Positions 45,584 through 58,177 of a DNA stretch of 64,000 nt are shown piece by piece. Position 1 is the first letter of the stretch. Every line of letters begins with the position of its first letter. The stretch is from Protoeuglena noctilucae (Eukaryota), in the NCBI GenBank assembly GCA_958009085.1, contig OY253676.1:434001-498000 (forward strand), written 5' to 3'. The notes beneath the pieces are model-generated. The model was not told the DNA's origin and made no database searches. It saw only the letters and a list, made by a program, of their open reading frames with translations. The translations under genes and the position numbers were made by a program.

Positions 45584-47722
45584 CTAATCGTCGAACTTGG
45601 TGTGCTTGCCGACGGGCGTGGGCAGCCCCCTGAGCCGGAGCTTGGCGCCCCCCGCGCCCTGGGCCACCTCGAAGCCCTCCCCGAAGCGCACGTGCGTGCC
45701 ACGGAAGGCGGGGAGGCCCTGCAGCACGTAGCTCCCGTCGAAAGCCGCCTCCGCGATCTTCAGGCCACCCATGGCGTCCACGATGGCACCCACCTCGGCC
45801 TCCACCGCCTCGTCGAGGTCGCCCTCAGCCTCATCCGCAGACGCCAGGTGCACGTAGAAGTCGTCGTCCCGCCCGCGCGCCTCGCTCTTCGTCCCAGGCT
45901 CGCCCGATGCCCCATCCGTGTCGTCGTTGTCTGAGCCCACCTCCGCCTCCTTGCTGCGCTTCAGCAGCGCAGCGCGGACCTGCCGGCGGAGCTCGTTGAG
46001 CGAGGGCGACACCCGCACCTGGCCCTGCCCGTCCGAGAGCGGCGAGGGCACGACGATGGCAGACGCCATGCGGCGCGCGGGTGCCTCGGTCGGGGCGGGG
46101 CTGTTGGGGGGCACTGCAGCGACAGGGACAGAACCGCGACTTGACGTGGACGCAAGGGCAGCTGAGGAATGCTGGGCAAAACCCACAAGCGCAGGTGCCA
46201 GCAGGCCAGCAAGGTCAGCAAGACCACACTGGGCAGGGAGCAAATACAACGACAGACGTGGATCCGCAGGAGTCTCCGTATGGATCTCACCTCCAAAGGT
46301 CACGGAGTCGAGGACGGACTGCAAGAGGTGGGCATCGAGGGACGTGGTCCTGGCAGCCTGACCGGCCATCGGGGTGTTGGCGGGAGGGGCGAGAGAGCAC
46401 GGAGACTCCCGCGTGGGGGAGGTGTGCTCGGGGCCAGAGGCGGCCATGGCTTCGTCTGCGGCGTGGTCGGGGCTGGAGATGCCGACGATGAAGCCGGCGG
46501 GGCACGGGGAGACGTCGGCGAGGGAGGTGTCGAGGTTCGGGGCGAAGGAGAAGTCCGTTTCGTTGGCGGGGGTGCGCGCGGTGGCCGTGGGTGCGGGGGT
46601 CGCGGACGCAATGGCGGGCAACGGGGTGCCACCGGGCGTGGTGAGGCACAGGCGGCTCATGGCTTGGATGACTGCGGGGGCGTATGGGGTGGACGAGTTG
46701 GTCACTGTGCTTTGAGGAACGAGTCTCTATCCGTGCAGGCAAGGCCGCCGGCGCCCCTCACCGGTGTTGGGCGTGCGGGGTTGCACCGAGTCGACGACGG
46801 CGTGGGGCGTGCCCGGGGCCGTGCGCTGGGCGCCATTGCACGGAGCCAGCTCGGGCGCGGCGTCCTGGGTGCCTGCCGGTGCCGCGGCTGCCGCCTCGGT
46901 GCTGGGCGTGGCGGCGGAGTCGGTAAAGTCGAGCTCTACGTTGATGGGCGTCCACGTCTCGACGTTGCCCTGCGAGGCGAGCTCAGAGTGGACCCTGGCC
47001 GGGGAGGCCTCGATGGTGCTGGTCGGCGCCTCAGGGATGGCAGCAGGGGCCTCCGTCACAGGGCCCTCGACTGCCATGGCATCCGCGTTGCCCGTCAGGG
47101 CAGGTACCGACCCCTCGCGTTCAGCGCAGCCATCATCGACGGGCCCCGCAGGAGCAGGGGCGGCAGGGCTGCTAGCGCTCGCAGGTGCGGGGACTCGGTC
47201 ACTGCCCGCATCGGGTGCCGCAGCAGCGCTGCCAGGGCATCCTGGGGTCGCCGACGCGCCGGCGTCGGGGCAGACCCCATCTCCATTGGGCGCTCCCATT
47301 CCCTGCACACACGCGGATGGTGCGTTTGCATTCAGGGTCCATCAGGGTCTCTGCTCTGTGCCTTGTGGCGCCATGCGCTTCTCACCGGCAGGACACCACC
47401 ACTGGCGTCGGCGCTGGGCTGCTGGACGTCGTCATGGTCGCAGGCAGTCTGAGACTCCTCGAAAGCGTCCTTGGTCTTGCGTGCCGTCCCACGTGCCGTC
47501 CGAGGCGTCTTGAGGTCCTGCGCGGAGACGGTGAGCGCGAGTATGCGTGGTCGCCGGGGAGAGACCGCGATGGGTATCGATCGCACGCGTCGGTCAGCAC
47601 GAGTCGGCGAGGTTTAGCTGCGCGCTCGCCTGGGGAAAGGGAGAGGCGGAGTTGGAGATGTTGGCGAGCGGGCTTTTGGCGAGCCGAGCGCTGCGCCTCA
47701 GGCCGGCTTGGGGAGTAGACAT
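45584..47722 (-). CDS. Disordered protein resembling the Arabidopsis AT5G66230 family; D-box-like N-terminus and two RVxF-like C-terminal motifs
   Basis: MSTPQAGLRRSARLAKSPLANISN; ELRRQVRAALLK; acidic tract; GLPAFRGTHVRF; LRLRGLPTPVGKHTKFDD-TAG; exons join in frame (GC donor at 47629). Confidence 0.65.
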
Positions 47723-48249
47723 GGTCAGCACCTGAGAGGCACGGAGAGGGCGGAGCTGGACGTGGGGCCTTGAGGCGAGGCCAAACAGGTGCTGCACCCT
47801 AGAGGGATTGCACCCGCAAGTTTGTCACCGACGTCGTCGATGGCCCCGATGCGGCATTGCCAATACAATTTGGCAGTGAAAATCGTGACGGTAACGATCA
47901 AATCTGATCGCCGCAATGACTCGTCGCGTCGCTGGGGCCCCGTTGTTAGCCGGGTTAGGCGGCGACGGGTGCGCCGCCGCAGCAGCAAACGAGGGATTCT
48001 CGTGGGTGCCATCGCGCCATCCGCAAACGAACCATTCATTCGACACGAGGGGTGCGCATCCACTCACCGCAGATTGGCGCGGTCGGTCTTCCCGCCTCGT
48101 TCTCCTCGTCCAAGGGGTCAAGAGACGATTTCCAGCGGTTCTCACCTGGTCCGCAGTTGCTCTATGGGATTGGATCGCAGTGCGTGGGGCCTCCCGGCTA
48201 AGCGTGGGCTCACTGAGACATGTCAGAACGACAGTTCAACCGCCACTAG

Positions 48250-51242
48250 CTAGAAGACCTTGTGCGAGCCCAGGAATGCCCCTATGATGGACGCGATGCC
48301 CTCTCCGAGTACCATGCCACTCGCCACGACGACCAGCGTCTGCTTTTGCACCTGCAGCCACCCGCGCTGCCGTCCCAACTCCAGCAGCCCGCCCACCACG
48401 CGGGGGATAATCCACTTGGGCTGCAGGTACATCCCGACGGCGAAGCCCACGCCGCTCGGCACGAGCGCCAGCACCGCGGGGCGCACCCGGCCCTTCCCGC
48501 CCGCCAGGAAGGCCTGCCCGGCCACAGCCAGCGCGCCGAACGCCAGGCAGAAGGGCCAGGCCATGCGGGGCAGAGCCCCGCCGTTGACGAGGCGCGCCAT
48601 GTCCAGCCACACCGCGGCCGTCGGGGCCGGGAAGCGGTCGTTGGGCAGGGGCCCTCCGCGCGTGTAGAGGGCAAAGGCAGCCACGGACGCAAAGATACTG
48701 CGAGACGGGGGCGAACAGGCAACAGTTGGTCGTCAGACATGGGAAGATGCACCGTTTGGCCGAGATGCCCCTATGCCCATGCAGCAGACACACACGGCGG
48801 GTGGGGACGTGGGAGCGAGCGGGGTCTCGCCTGCAGGTGGCGCCGAGGAGCATGGCAATGAATTGGTCCCTGGGAGAGACCCCCAGCAAGTGCGCCGTCT
48901 TGAAGTCCTGCATGAGGTCTCCCGCCTGCATGGCTCCCGCCTCGGCAATCGCACCGGCCACCAGGTTGCTGACGAGGTTGCCGGGCGCCACGCCCGCGAA
49001 CGCCAGCTGCAGGAGCTTGGCGATCGCGCTGACCGGGTTCAGGTCCGTCTCGCCCAACGCCCGCACCGCCAGCACCGACACGGGCGCTCCTAACACGACG
49101 GCAACCAGCGGCTCGTAGACGGGCAGGTCAAACATCGACGTCATCACCACCTGCGTGACGGAATGCGCCAAGTTGCTGAGGGTATGGTGGAATGTGTGGC
49201 GAAAGTGGCAGGTCGGGTGCGCACGTGCCAGCCGGCTCTGCGCTCACGTACCGTGCACAGCACTGTCGAGATGACCATTCCTCCCGCCCACCACACCACC
49301 GGGATGGACGCGCCTCCACCATCGCCACGCATCCCCGAACCGGCCCCCATCTCCCGCCCCGCCCCGTTCGCGCAGCTTACAGCCCCGAAGCCCTCGCCCT
49401 TCCTGTCCCTGGCATCGCCCGACACCTCGACACCTTCGCACCCCACGGGCCCTGACCGCACAATGCCCGCCATGAGCCTCGTCGACCCTTCTCCAGTCCC
49501 CGCCTCGGTCCCATGCGTCCCCGCCGCTCTCGTCGAGCAGCCCGACCCGTCACTCGCGTCCAATGCCGCGTAAGGGTCGTGTGCCGCACGCGGCGACTTC
49601 CTCACGTGACACGTCAGGCAACCCGAGGAGAACTCCACCCCGCTGCACCGCCCCACGTTCGAGGCCCCGTCAGCCGCCAAGCCACCAAGCTGCTGCAGCT
49701 CCCGGTCGCGAGACGCCTTGGCCCCGCCCCGCCTGTGCCTACGTGCCACCTGCGCGATGACAAACAGCCCCAGCGACGAGAGCGTGTCCGCAAGCATAAT
49801 TGCCATGGCCACCCACAGGAGCCATCCCGTGGCGCCATCCTCCCACGACGAGATCGGACCGGGTGCCTGCATATGAGACACAGCGGAGTTTTCCTAACAG
49901 GTTCACCCTTGAGTCCGACATAATACTACGGAGCAAGTCATGTGCCCTCAATGCACGCTTTCAGTGCACGCGCTCACCCATCCTGACGCCTTGGCAGCGG
50001 GACCCAGGACGGCCCAACCGACGATTGCCCCGAGGAGCATGGACAGCGCCACCCGTGGGCCCATCAGCACCCCCTGTCCAATATAGCCCATGCTGGGCTG
50101 CAGCACCCAGCCCCAGTGGCCCGGTGCAGACCACCCCAGGCTGCCAAAGACGTCCCACGCCCGCAGCGCCGGCCAGGCCCACGCCGCAAGGTGATACGCG
50201 AAGCTCAGGGCGAATGACGCTCCCAGGGGCACCCACATTTGGGAGGGGTCCTCGATGCTCTCTTCTGCGCCCGCATGGCCATCGGAATGACCGCGCGCAC
50301 AGCTCCCAGACAACCTGCGCTCCTCCCATTCCCGACTCTTGACGCCAACCTCTCTCTTACCACCGCCCGCGTCCGACCACGCATTGCGCGACGGCAATGC
50401 TCCCGGCGAGCCCAGGGGCGCCTCCGTGCCGCCCACGCCAGCCTCACTCCGAGTGCCGACCGCGATGGGCGCGTCGTCATGCTTGGCCAGGCCCGCCTCC
50501 AGCGCATCCTCAGGCCCTGCCGAGGTGCTCGGCACGGGCACGGCGGAGTACCCATGACCAGGACGTGCGCGCCGGGGCACAACAGGGGCCCGTTGCTGCG
50601 CCTGGTGCGAGTGCAGCACCGAGATGACTTTGGCGGTGGCAGAACCCGAGGGGAAGGGGAGCTTCTCGTTGATGATGACTTGGCGACGGAGGGGCGGGGC
50701 GGTGAACAGGCCCAGGAAGGCGAGGGCGCTGGTCCGGAGAAGCAGACTGCCGAAGGAGAAGTGGATGGGCCCTACACCGCGGGTCTCGTCCGCCCGCAGC
50801 TGCGTCATGGCCGGCAGCACGCCCACGAAGCCGGCGGCGAGGGGCATCGTGGCCGTAGCGACCGCAGCGGTCTGCGAGAGCGGCGCGGGGCCGATGAGCG
50901 ATCCCTTGAGCGCAGTCACGCACTCCTCGACACCTTCTGGCCGCACCTGCAGGACGACGTTCTCCTCCGCGGTGAAGGGAAGCTCAGGGAGGCAGAATTG
51001 CAGCGCCCTAAAGAACCCGGCGCCGAGGATCGCGCTCTGGAGGCTTCCCATCGTCACCCAGCCCGACTGGAGGCCGAAATAGGTGTTGGAAAAGCATAGC
51101 AGCACCCCGATCCCCACTCCAGCGCCTAGCGCCTTGGGCGTCTGCGAAGACACGGAGCGGGCATCGGAGGGGCGCGGGGTCTCGATGAAGCAAGAATGGG
51201 CGCTTTGAGGCACGCCGCGCTCCACACCAGTGCTCGTGCCAT
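48250..51242 (-). CDS. Oligopeptide transporter OPT/YSL superfamily (YGL114W-like type), multi-exon
   Basis: SNTYFGLQSGWVTMGSL, ENVVLQ|TAAVATATMPLAAGFVG, EKLPFPSGSATA, SMGYIGQG, LGETDLNPVS, QAGDLMQDFKTAHLLG, ASGMVLGEG. Confidence 0.9.
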
Positions 51243-51573
51243 CAACGTGGAGACCCTGGTTAATCGTCGAGTCACTTTATGTCATAGAACCACGGCGGCG
51301 AAGGATCAGGATACAAAGTGGCCTCTGTAAAATACCGCCACACTGCTCGGCGGCGCCTGCGTCTCTGCTTACTGACAAGCACGTCTTCATCATGATGCTG
51401 ACGTTCGGTGGCGCCGTTGCAGCAAGCAGGGCAAATGACCAGGGCAAACTGAGCGGGCACACGCATGAATGAGCGTCTTCTGGGCCACTGCGCGGCAGCT
51501 TCGATGACCCTTTCGCTTCTTTCGTTCGACTGGCGCTTCAACAGGATCTTCGCGTGGGCCCTGGTCGAGCAGC

Positions 51574-52835
51574 ATGCCACCAAAGGATGGGGCGAAGGGC
51601 AAGGCGCCCCCTACGCCACCTCCACCCCCGCCTGAGCCCGAGCCTGTAGCGCCTAGTTTACGCGAGGAGCTGGATGCATTCCTGCTGGATGCCTGCCTGG
51701 CCTTGGCCGATTTGGCCAAGTGCATGTCTCGGGGGTTGGACGCCGCATCCTCGCGCTTCCCGGTGAGGCCATGGTGCTGCAGATGCGCAGTGATAGGAGC
51801 CGGACGCGAGTGCACATGGTGGAATCGAGATGGACGACCGTGCGGCGAGCATTTCGCAAAAGCGTCTCCCCCCCATCCGCCACAGCCCGTTCCTACCTCC
51901 ATTCAGCTCGCAAGCCAAAAACTGGAATCTCAAGCGATCGCTTATTCCATCGAGTTCCTTGGCAAGGGGCTGTGCTTGTCCGAGCGGCCCCCGCCGGAGC
52001 CCACGCCCGAGCCCCTGCATGCCACCTCGTCGATACCGGACGACAAGGCCGCGACACAGCCCGTCGACTGCCCCGTCCCAGAGAAGGAAGGTCCCAGAGA
52101 GCTAGCGATCGAGTACCTGGTGCGCCGGGTCAAGGAGCTGAGCGCAGAGGTGGCGCGGGACCCGGACGCGCTGTTCGCCGAGCGGCGCAAGGCAGCGGCG
52201 GAGGCGGCGGCGGCGGGGAGTGACGCCTCGGGGCCGGCAGACGAGGCGGCGGCGGCCGAGCTTCGGCGCCCCGATCTTGAGGCGAGCTGAGCCCTCCCGA
52301 CGTGCTGGGACAGGCCGCTTGGCATTCCGTCACACCGTGCCTTGCTGTTTACGCACCCACGCCCTCTGCCTCCGATCGGTCTCAGGAGGAAGAGTTTTTC
52401 ACGCGAGAGGTCACGGCGTCCCTGGCGGGTTACTCGCGCTTCCTGGCCGACGTGGGCGCCATCCTGCAGAGCGGGGAGCGAGTGCCCGGCGAGAGGCGTC
52501 GCCTCTTGCGCTACTTGTGCATGGAGCCCCGCGGTGAGCACTCCCAGCCTCACTGTTTGCGTCCCAGGTGTTTCCACTCGCACGTGCCACCATGTGCCAT
52601 GGCAGCATCCGGGGGCATGGGTCTGCATGCATGAACCAGCTCCATCTCTCGTGCATGCGCAGCGTGGCTGTCCGTCGCGAGGAGAACAGGGGAGCGGGAG
52701 AGGTGCGTCCTGCACGACCGCATTGCCGCCGCCGTCGCCCCACCGCGGGCCGAGGCGCCCGACGAGAGGACGACTGCAGCCCTTGATGTTGGGGCCATCC
52801 TGAAGGCAACGTGGCACAACAACATCGCCTCCTAG
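51574..52835 (+). CDS. Uncharacterised protein, 4 exons
   Basis: MPPKDGAKGK start, Pro-rich tract, in-frame splicing FP|PVPTS, PDLE|EEEFF (GC donor 52282), MEPR|AWLS; TAG 52833-52835. No family recognised. Confidence 0.55.
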
Positions 52836-52988
52836 CAGACGCCGTCGGCACAGATCCCCATGAGATTCATCGCAAATCCTCGCAGTCTACGTTGACCTGG
52901 CCCTTCAACACATGCTATCTTTTGCCGCTGCGGTCAGTCTCTAGTAGTAGTCGTGAGAAACTGAGCATAAGCGACTCTGTACGGCAGC

Positions 52989-54553
52989 TCATCCGCACGC
53001 CTCTGCACGGCCCACGGGTCTGCCGCACAGCACGCATGGCCCGCGGTAGGGCGCCCGCCGCATCTCGCACTCAATCAGGTCCGCCAGGCTCGCGTGCGGC
53101 TCGCCAGCAGACGACGACGGCGCCCCGGGAAGCCAGCTGCCGGACGCGCAATCCCCGGAACTCGGGCCAGCATCGCTTACAATCAAGCTGGTGATGGTTG
53201 CCCCTTCCGACGGCCCCGGTGCCTCCTGCCCCGTCGCACGACGCTGCATGTCGATGCAAAACTGGCACGTCTCACGAGCCAGATCCCCGGTGCCTCCCCC
53301 GGGGAGCGCACCCCCGGGGGCCGACCGAGACTGGGATGACACCCAGCCAGACCACTCGCTCGCCGCCGCCTGTGTCGTGCCCTCGGAGGCCATCACTGGC
53401 TCCTCCCTGCCACGCTTGCGTCCTCTGGCCAGCGCGAAGCCCGGCGCAGCGGCCTGAGCGGGCGCGGGGGCCACCGTGAACCAAAACAGAGGGCCGAGCG
53501 CCTCGGTGTAGATAGCGCGAACCGACGAGAGCCCCTGCCGCCCGGCGCACACGATGGCCTCCGTCCCGCCCTCCACCACCGTCTCCGACACGCTCACGCG
53601 TCCGGGCCCCACGCACGGCGACGTCCGCCCCGGCCCGCCGCCCCTCTTGGCTTCAGAGCCCTTGGGGGCCACGGGGCCCGCCTGGGTCATGAGCGGAGGG
53701 AAGAGGTGCTCGAGGGATCGAGCCATGGACCGAAGGCAGCACCTGCGGTGACCGAGTCATAGCAGGGAGTTGGCGACGCGGGCAGGGCAGGGGCAGCGTG
53801 AGGTGCGGCAAACATAGCGCTGGCCACACACCTGTCCACGACGAGAGATCCCGCCCGGTGCCTCACGCAGGAGCCCCGGCGCGCGACGACGTGGATTTCC
53901 TCCACCAGCGCCGTCGACCGGACGTCCAGGACGGGATCCACGCCGCGCGCACCGCAAACCACGCTTGTGCCGGGCCCTACTCCTCGGATGCGCAGGGGCT
54001 GTGAGACGACAACCGTGCTTGTGACGGCGTGGACCCCGGGCCGGAGGAGAATAGTGTCACCCGGCAGCGATCGACGCACGGCGTCCTCCAGGGTAGGCGA
54101 CCAGCGACCCGAGATGTGCTGTGGGCATGAGGAGCAACGCAGGCGGGCGGTGTCTGCTGCTGGGCTGCCCAGCGATTCACTGCGGGCGCGTGGCAACGCT
54201 CGCGACGCACCGATGTGGCCGAATGGAAGCCGGTTTCGCTCGTGGACGGGGCGAAGTCCACGGGAGGCGCTCCTCCGACGATGATGGACGTGCGCGCGTC
54301 ATGGGCGAGGTCCCTCAGCCGCGAGCACACGGAAGCGAGGGAGAAGAGGTCCGGGAGCGGCGATAGATGGCGCATGATGCCCAACTGCGACGGGCGAGCG
54401 GGCAATCGAGGCTCTCTTGTGCGAAGCACTCCAGCGTCTGGTGCGGCCTCTCGCGGAGGTGCTCACCAAACACGCGTCGTCCAGGTCGAGGAAATGGATG
54501 GTCGCGCGTCCTGCGTGGCCCGCAGACGATGCGCTCGCGTCTTCACCCTCCAT
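52989..54553 (-). CDS. SKIP5: F-box protein SKIP5-like (F-box + parallel beta-helix), multi-exon
   Basis: LDLDDACL|LGIMRHLSPLPDLFSLASVCSR; TLEDAVRRSLPGDTILL; RGSCVRHRAGSLVVDR|CCL; LEHLFPPL; ETVVEGG; LFWFTV follow plant SKIP5. Confidence 0.8.
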
Positions 54554-54917
54554 TTCACCATCCGGGTCAAGCGTTGGGGGAAAAGCGACCCCGTCTCCGG
54601 CTCCTCGAGGTCGACCGATCCAAGCACAGTGCAGGTAAGAGCAACTGCTCGTGGGGTGATCGACGGGGGGCGGTTGCTATCCGGCTGACACGCACGCAGC
54701 TTCGCTGGCAGTGCCGGCGAGTTCTGCTTGTGCACCTTGAGCCGTCCCCCTTTCATCCATACCATCCCTACTGTCAATTGACCCTGGCCCTGCCGACAAG
54801 GGGTTCCTTTTCCGGGTGCTTAACAGGACTCCTGCGCATGTGTTACTGACCCGCGCTTGCGGGGCTTCGGGGTTACCCGGCCCGCACCCGCGGCGAAGGA
54901 AGTGGTGGGAAAACGCC

Positions 54918-57801
54918 ATGGCCACCGACCCCTCCGACCGCAACTGGCACTCTCTGGTGTACAGCGGTGAGCAGACAGTGTTCGGGACCAGCTGGCGGCC
55001 ATGTGCACGCATGGTTGGGCCTCCCGGCGTTTTGTGGGGTTATGTTCGGGCACCTTGAGCTTCCTGCACTCTGGGAGCTCGCTTCAATTGCGCGGGAGCT
55101 CGCAGGGTCTGCGGAGAAAGGGTGGAATAGTGCGTTGCGATTCACGCCCGCCTCGTGCCTTTCCCGGCAGAATCGACATGCGACATGAAGGACGACATTG
55201 GGTCGCTGATTGAAGCGATCAAGCAGGGCCAGGGGACCCTCAAGCGGATGACGGCCATGTACCTCTTGTGGCACCATGTCCTTCACGACCCCGCCAAGAG
55301 GACGGAAGCCATCCAGGTGACTCCCGCGAACGTGAAGCGCTTTGTTAGATATCGAAGAATATGGCGCGGGATTACTTGCGCGCACTCGGGACCCCAGCGC
55401 TTTGATTTGGCGGACAAAGACCCAGTCTTCGCGGCCCTTGCAGAACGGTGCGGTCAGCGCATGCCTCGTCGCGGTGGATGACCCGGTTTCGGACAACGCC
55501 CACAAGTCGGCAGCGCTGGGGCTGATCCAGGGCATGTGCAAGGTGCGGCCCGCTGCGTGCGCCGCCCTGCAGCACCGCTTCCCGACATGTCGGGACGCCG
55601 CTGCCCCGCCTTCCCTGCAGGTCAACCCCGAGGAGGACCCCGAGGCGCTCTACACCATCGCGACTGCCAAGGGCTCATTTGGCTTCAACTGCGGGCAGGA
55701 GATGACGAGCTTCCTGAAAGGCACGGAGACCCAGGCAGCCGCAGCGGCGGCCGTGCTGCGGGCCCTGTCCGCTGACAGCCGTGCCGCGGGCGTCATCACC
55801 CGAGAGGACCTCAAGTACGACCGTCTGTACATGGACATATTCCACTTGACCAAGCAGGATGCCATCCGCGCCAACGTGGCCTTCTTCCGTGAGCGCTGTG
55901 GCATGGTCAATTGTACACCATCCTCCTGAGAGGAGGCGCGTGCTCTCATCGCGCCTCCACGACTCACGCTCCCCGCCGCTCTCACGCTCCCCGCCGCTCT
56001 CACGCTCCCCGCCGCTCTCACGCTCCCCGCCACGACGTGGTCCGCCGCAGTGTGCAACCTGATGGGGCACTCCGAGGAGACGCGGAAGGTCATCGGGGCG
56101 CAAGACGGCATCCGCCACTTCGTGCACCTGCTCCTGGACGGCGCGAGCGAAGAGGCCGTGACGGCGGCCGCGCACGGCCTCGAGCTGCTCGCCGAGATGG
56201 ACGGCGCAGTCCCCACGCTCGTGCAGCGCAGCGCCCTCCTCCCGCTGCTGGACGTGCTGGGCGACCCCACCGTGACGCCACCCGACCCGGACGACGTGGA
56301 CTTGCTGACGATTGAGCCCAAGGTTCTCCCCAAGGAGCCCCTTGGGGAGGTGGTGTCGGGAGAGGGGGTCCCATTCAACCCTTACTCGCAGGTGCGCGTC
56401 TGCCGTGCGATGGTGTCTGTCATCGGGGGGTCAGATAACAGACTTTGGGTGGTGATGATGCTATGCATGGTAGCGGCGATGGTCAGCTGATGAGGAGCTA
56501 TCCTGCACCTCCGCAGGCGTCACTCATGCAGAAAGAGAAGGAGGTGAATCTCCAGAAGGCCGTGGGGAGGTACCAGTACCCAGTGCGTCATGCGAGGCGC
56601 AGTCGAAGCCTGCTCACGGAACGGTGCTCACTGGAATGTCTGCAGGGTCTGTTGCTGACAACGATGCTCTCCTTACTGCCACGCAGACCTCTGAGGCTGG
56701 CCCGGCAGCTTCCACGGGGCCGGGGACAGGTGACACTGTTTGCCGCCCACCGAGGCCTGTGAACGGTCTTAGGGGCCCGGAGAACCACAAATCTGGCTAT
56801 CACTGCCTTTGATGCGCTCGCAGACGGGGCCGCCAAGACCCCTGCCCTGGCACCGACCCAGTCGACGTCTCGCAAGGAGCTGCTGAGCATGCAGCGGGGC
56901 AAGACGAGCTCGGCGTCGCTGGCGGGGCTGCCGGCGGTGCCCGAGCGACCCCCGCTGGCCTCCAGGCACATGTCCCGCGCCCAGCTGCGGTCCCGGGCTG
57001 CACCTCGGCGCCCGCCTGGGGGCTACAAGCACGACCTGCCCGCCATCTCCGCGGCATGCGGGGTGTTGTGGATCATGCTCGAGGTGAGGATGTTAACCGG
57101 TGCGGCCCCTTGCTCAGCGGGGCCAAAGCATGCAGCGTGCGTGAGCGGCAGCGCCTCGTGCCGCTGCAGGAGGACAGCGTGCGCGACGTGGCCAGCTCCA
57201 ACAAGGCGTCCTCTCGCCTTTGCGACGCTTTCAAATTCGTGCTGCAGTGGACTCCGCCGGAGCAACCGGGTGGAAAGGTAACGGGCCTTGCCCCCGGCGA
57301 GCGCCGGCGTGCGGCTGGTCCCCTCGCGCGCGACGTCATCCTGTTCGACTTCTCGCCGCAGAAGGGCAAGGGCGCCAAGGGGAAAGGCAAGAAGGGCAAG
57401 AAGGGCATGGCGCTGCTGCCGGAGCAAGAGGAGGCCCTGCTGAAGATCACGGGGTGCTTGCGGCAGATGTCGATGCTAGACACGGATAAGGTCCGCATCG
57501 CTCGCTGCGGCGTCGCCAAGCTCTGCGACGACCTGGCCATGGGGGCGTCCCGGGGGCCCCTGCGGTGGAACTCCCGGAGTTTGCTCGGCAACATCGCCAC
57601 CATGGTCGAGAACCGCACCATTCTCGAGGCGAGGAGTCCCTGGCGCTGGCGAACGCCATTGGCCGGGCTGGATGCAATGCGCCTGCGACCGCGGCGGCGC
57701 CTTGCTCGCAGAACGAGGGGGTGGCGGCGGAGTACCTGGGCCTGTGCGCGCTCACCCTCACGAAGGAGGCACGTGCGGACCTGCGGCAATTCTTCTGGTA
57801 G
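54918..57801 (+). CDS. Armadillo/ARM-repeat protein, multi-exon
   Basis: ARM-like helices: VCNLMGHSEETRKVIGAQDGIRHFVHLL, AAAHGLELLAE, TGCLRQMSMLDTDKVRIARCGV, SLLGNIATMVENRTIL; K/G-rich KGKGAKGKGKKGKKG. Confidence 0.65.
55963..56031 (+). repeat. Intronic minisatellite, 18-nt unit CTCACGCTCCCCGCCGCT, about 3.8 copies
   Basis: Three perfect copies plus a 15-nt partial copy just upstream of the acceptor at 56050. Confidence 0.95.
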
Positions 57802-58177
57802 CCTTACGACGACGTATGACCTGTTCTAACAGCACGTTTTCTCTCCGTGCCCTCCTGATGTGGCTGGACCAGCCCGCATGGAGCACTTTAATCGTATCTC
57901 TCAGCCAGGGACGGATTTTGTCAACGCCGGCGTCCCAGGGGTCGCACAAAGGGCGGGGCACCTGCCCAGCGCATGGGGTCAAGCAGGCGCCAGCGTCTAG
58001 AAACAGGCGACATAGCTTTGGTCGTCGCTTACGGCCATTCCGCAAGCGCCTGCGCGAACACGACGCCGAGCGCGACGCCCAGGCTCTCGTGCAGGGTCAG
58101 GGTCCGTCTCGGTGGAATTGACGCACCGGCCGCCGGCTGGTCGGCCTGAGGAGGGCTGTGAACAACTCAAAGAAACG

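Noticed and set aside
55963..56031. CRISPR-like array
   Set aside because: Units are contiguous with no spacers; eukaryotic intron; no cas genes.
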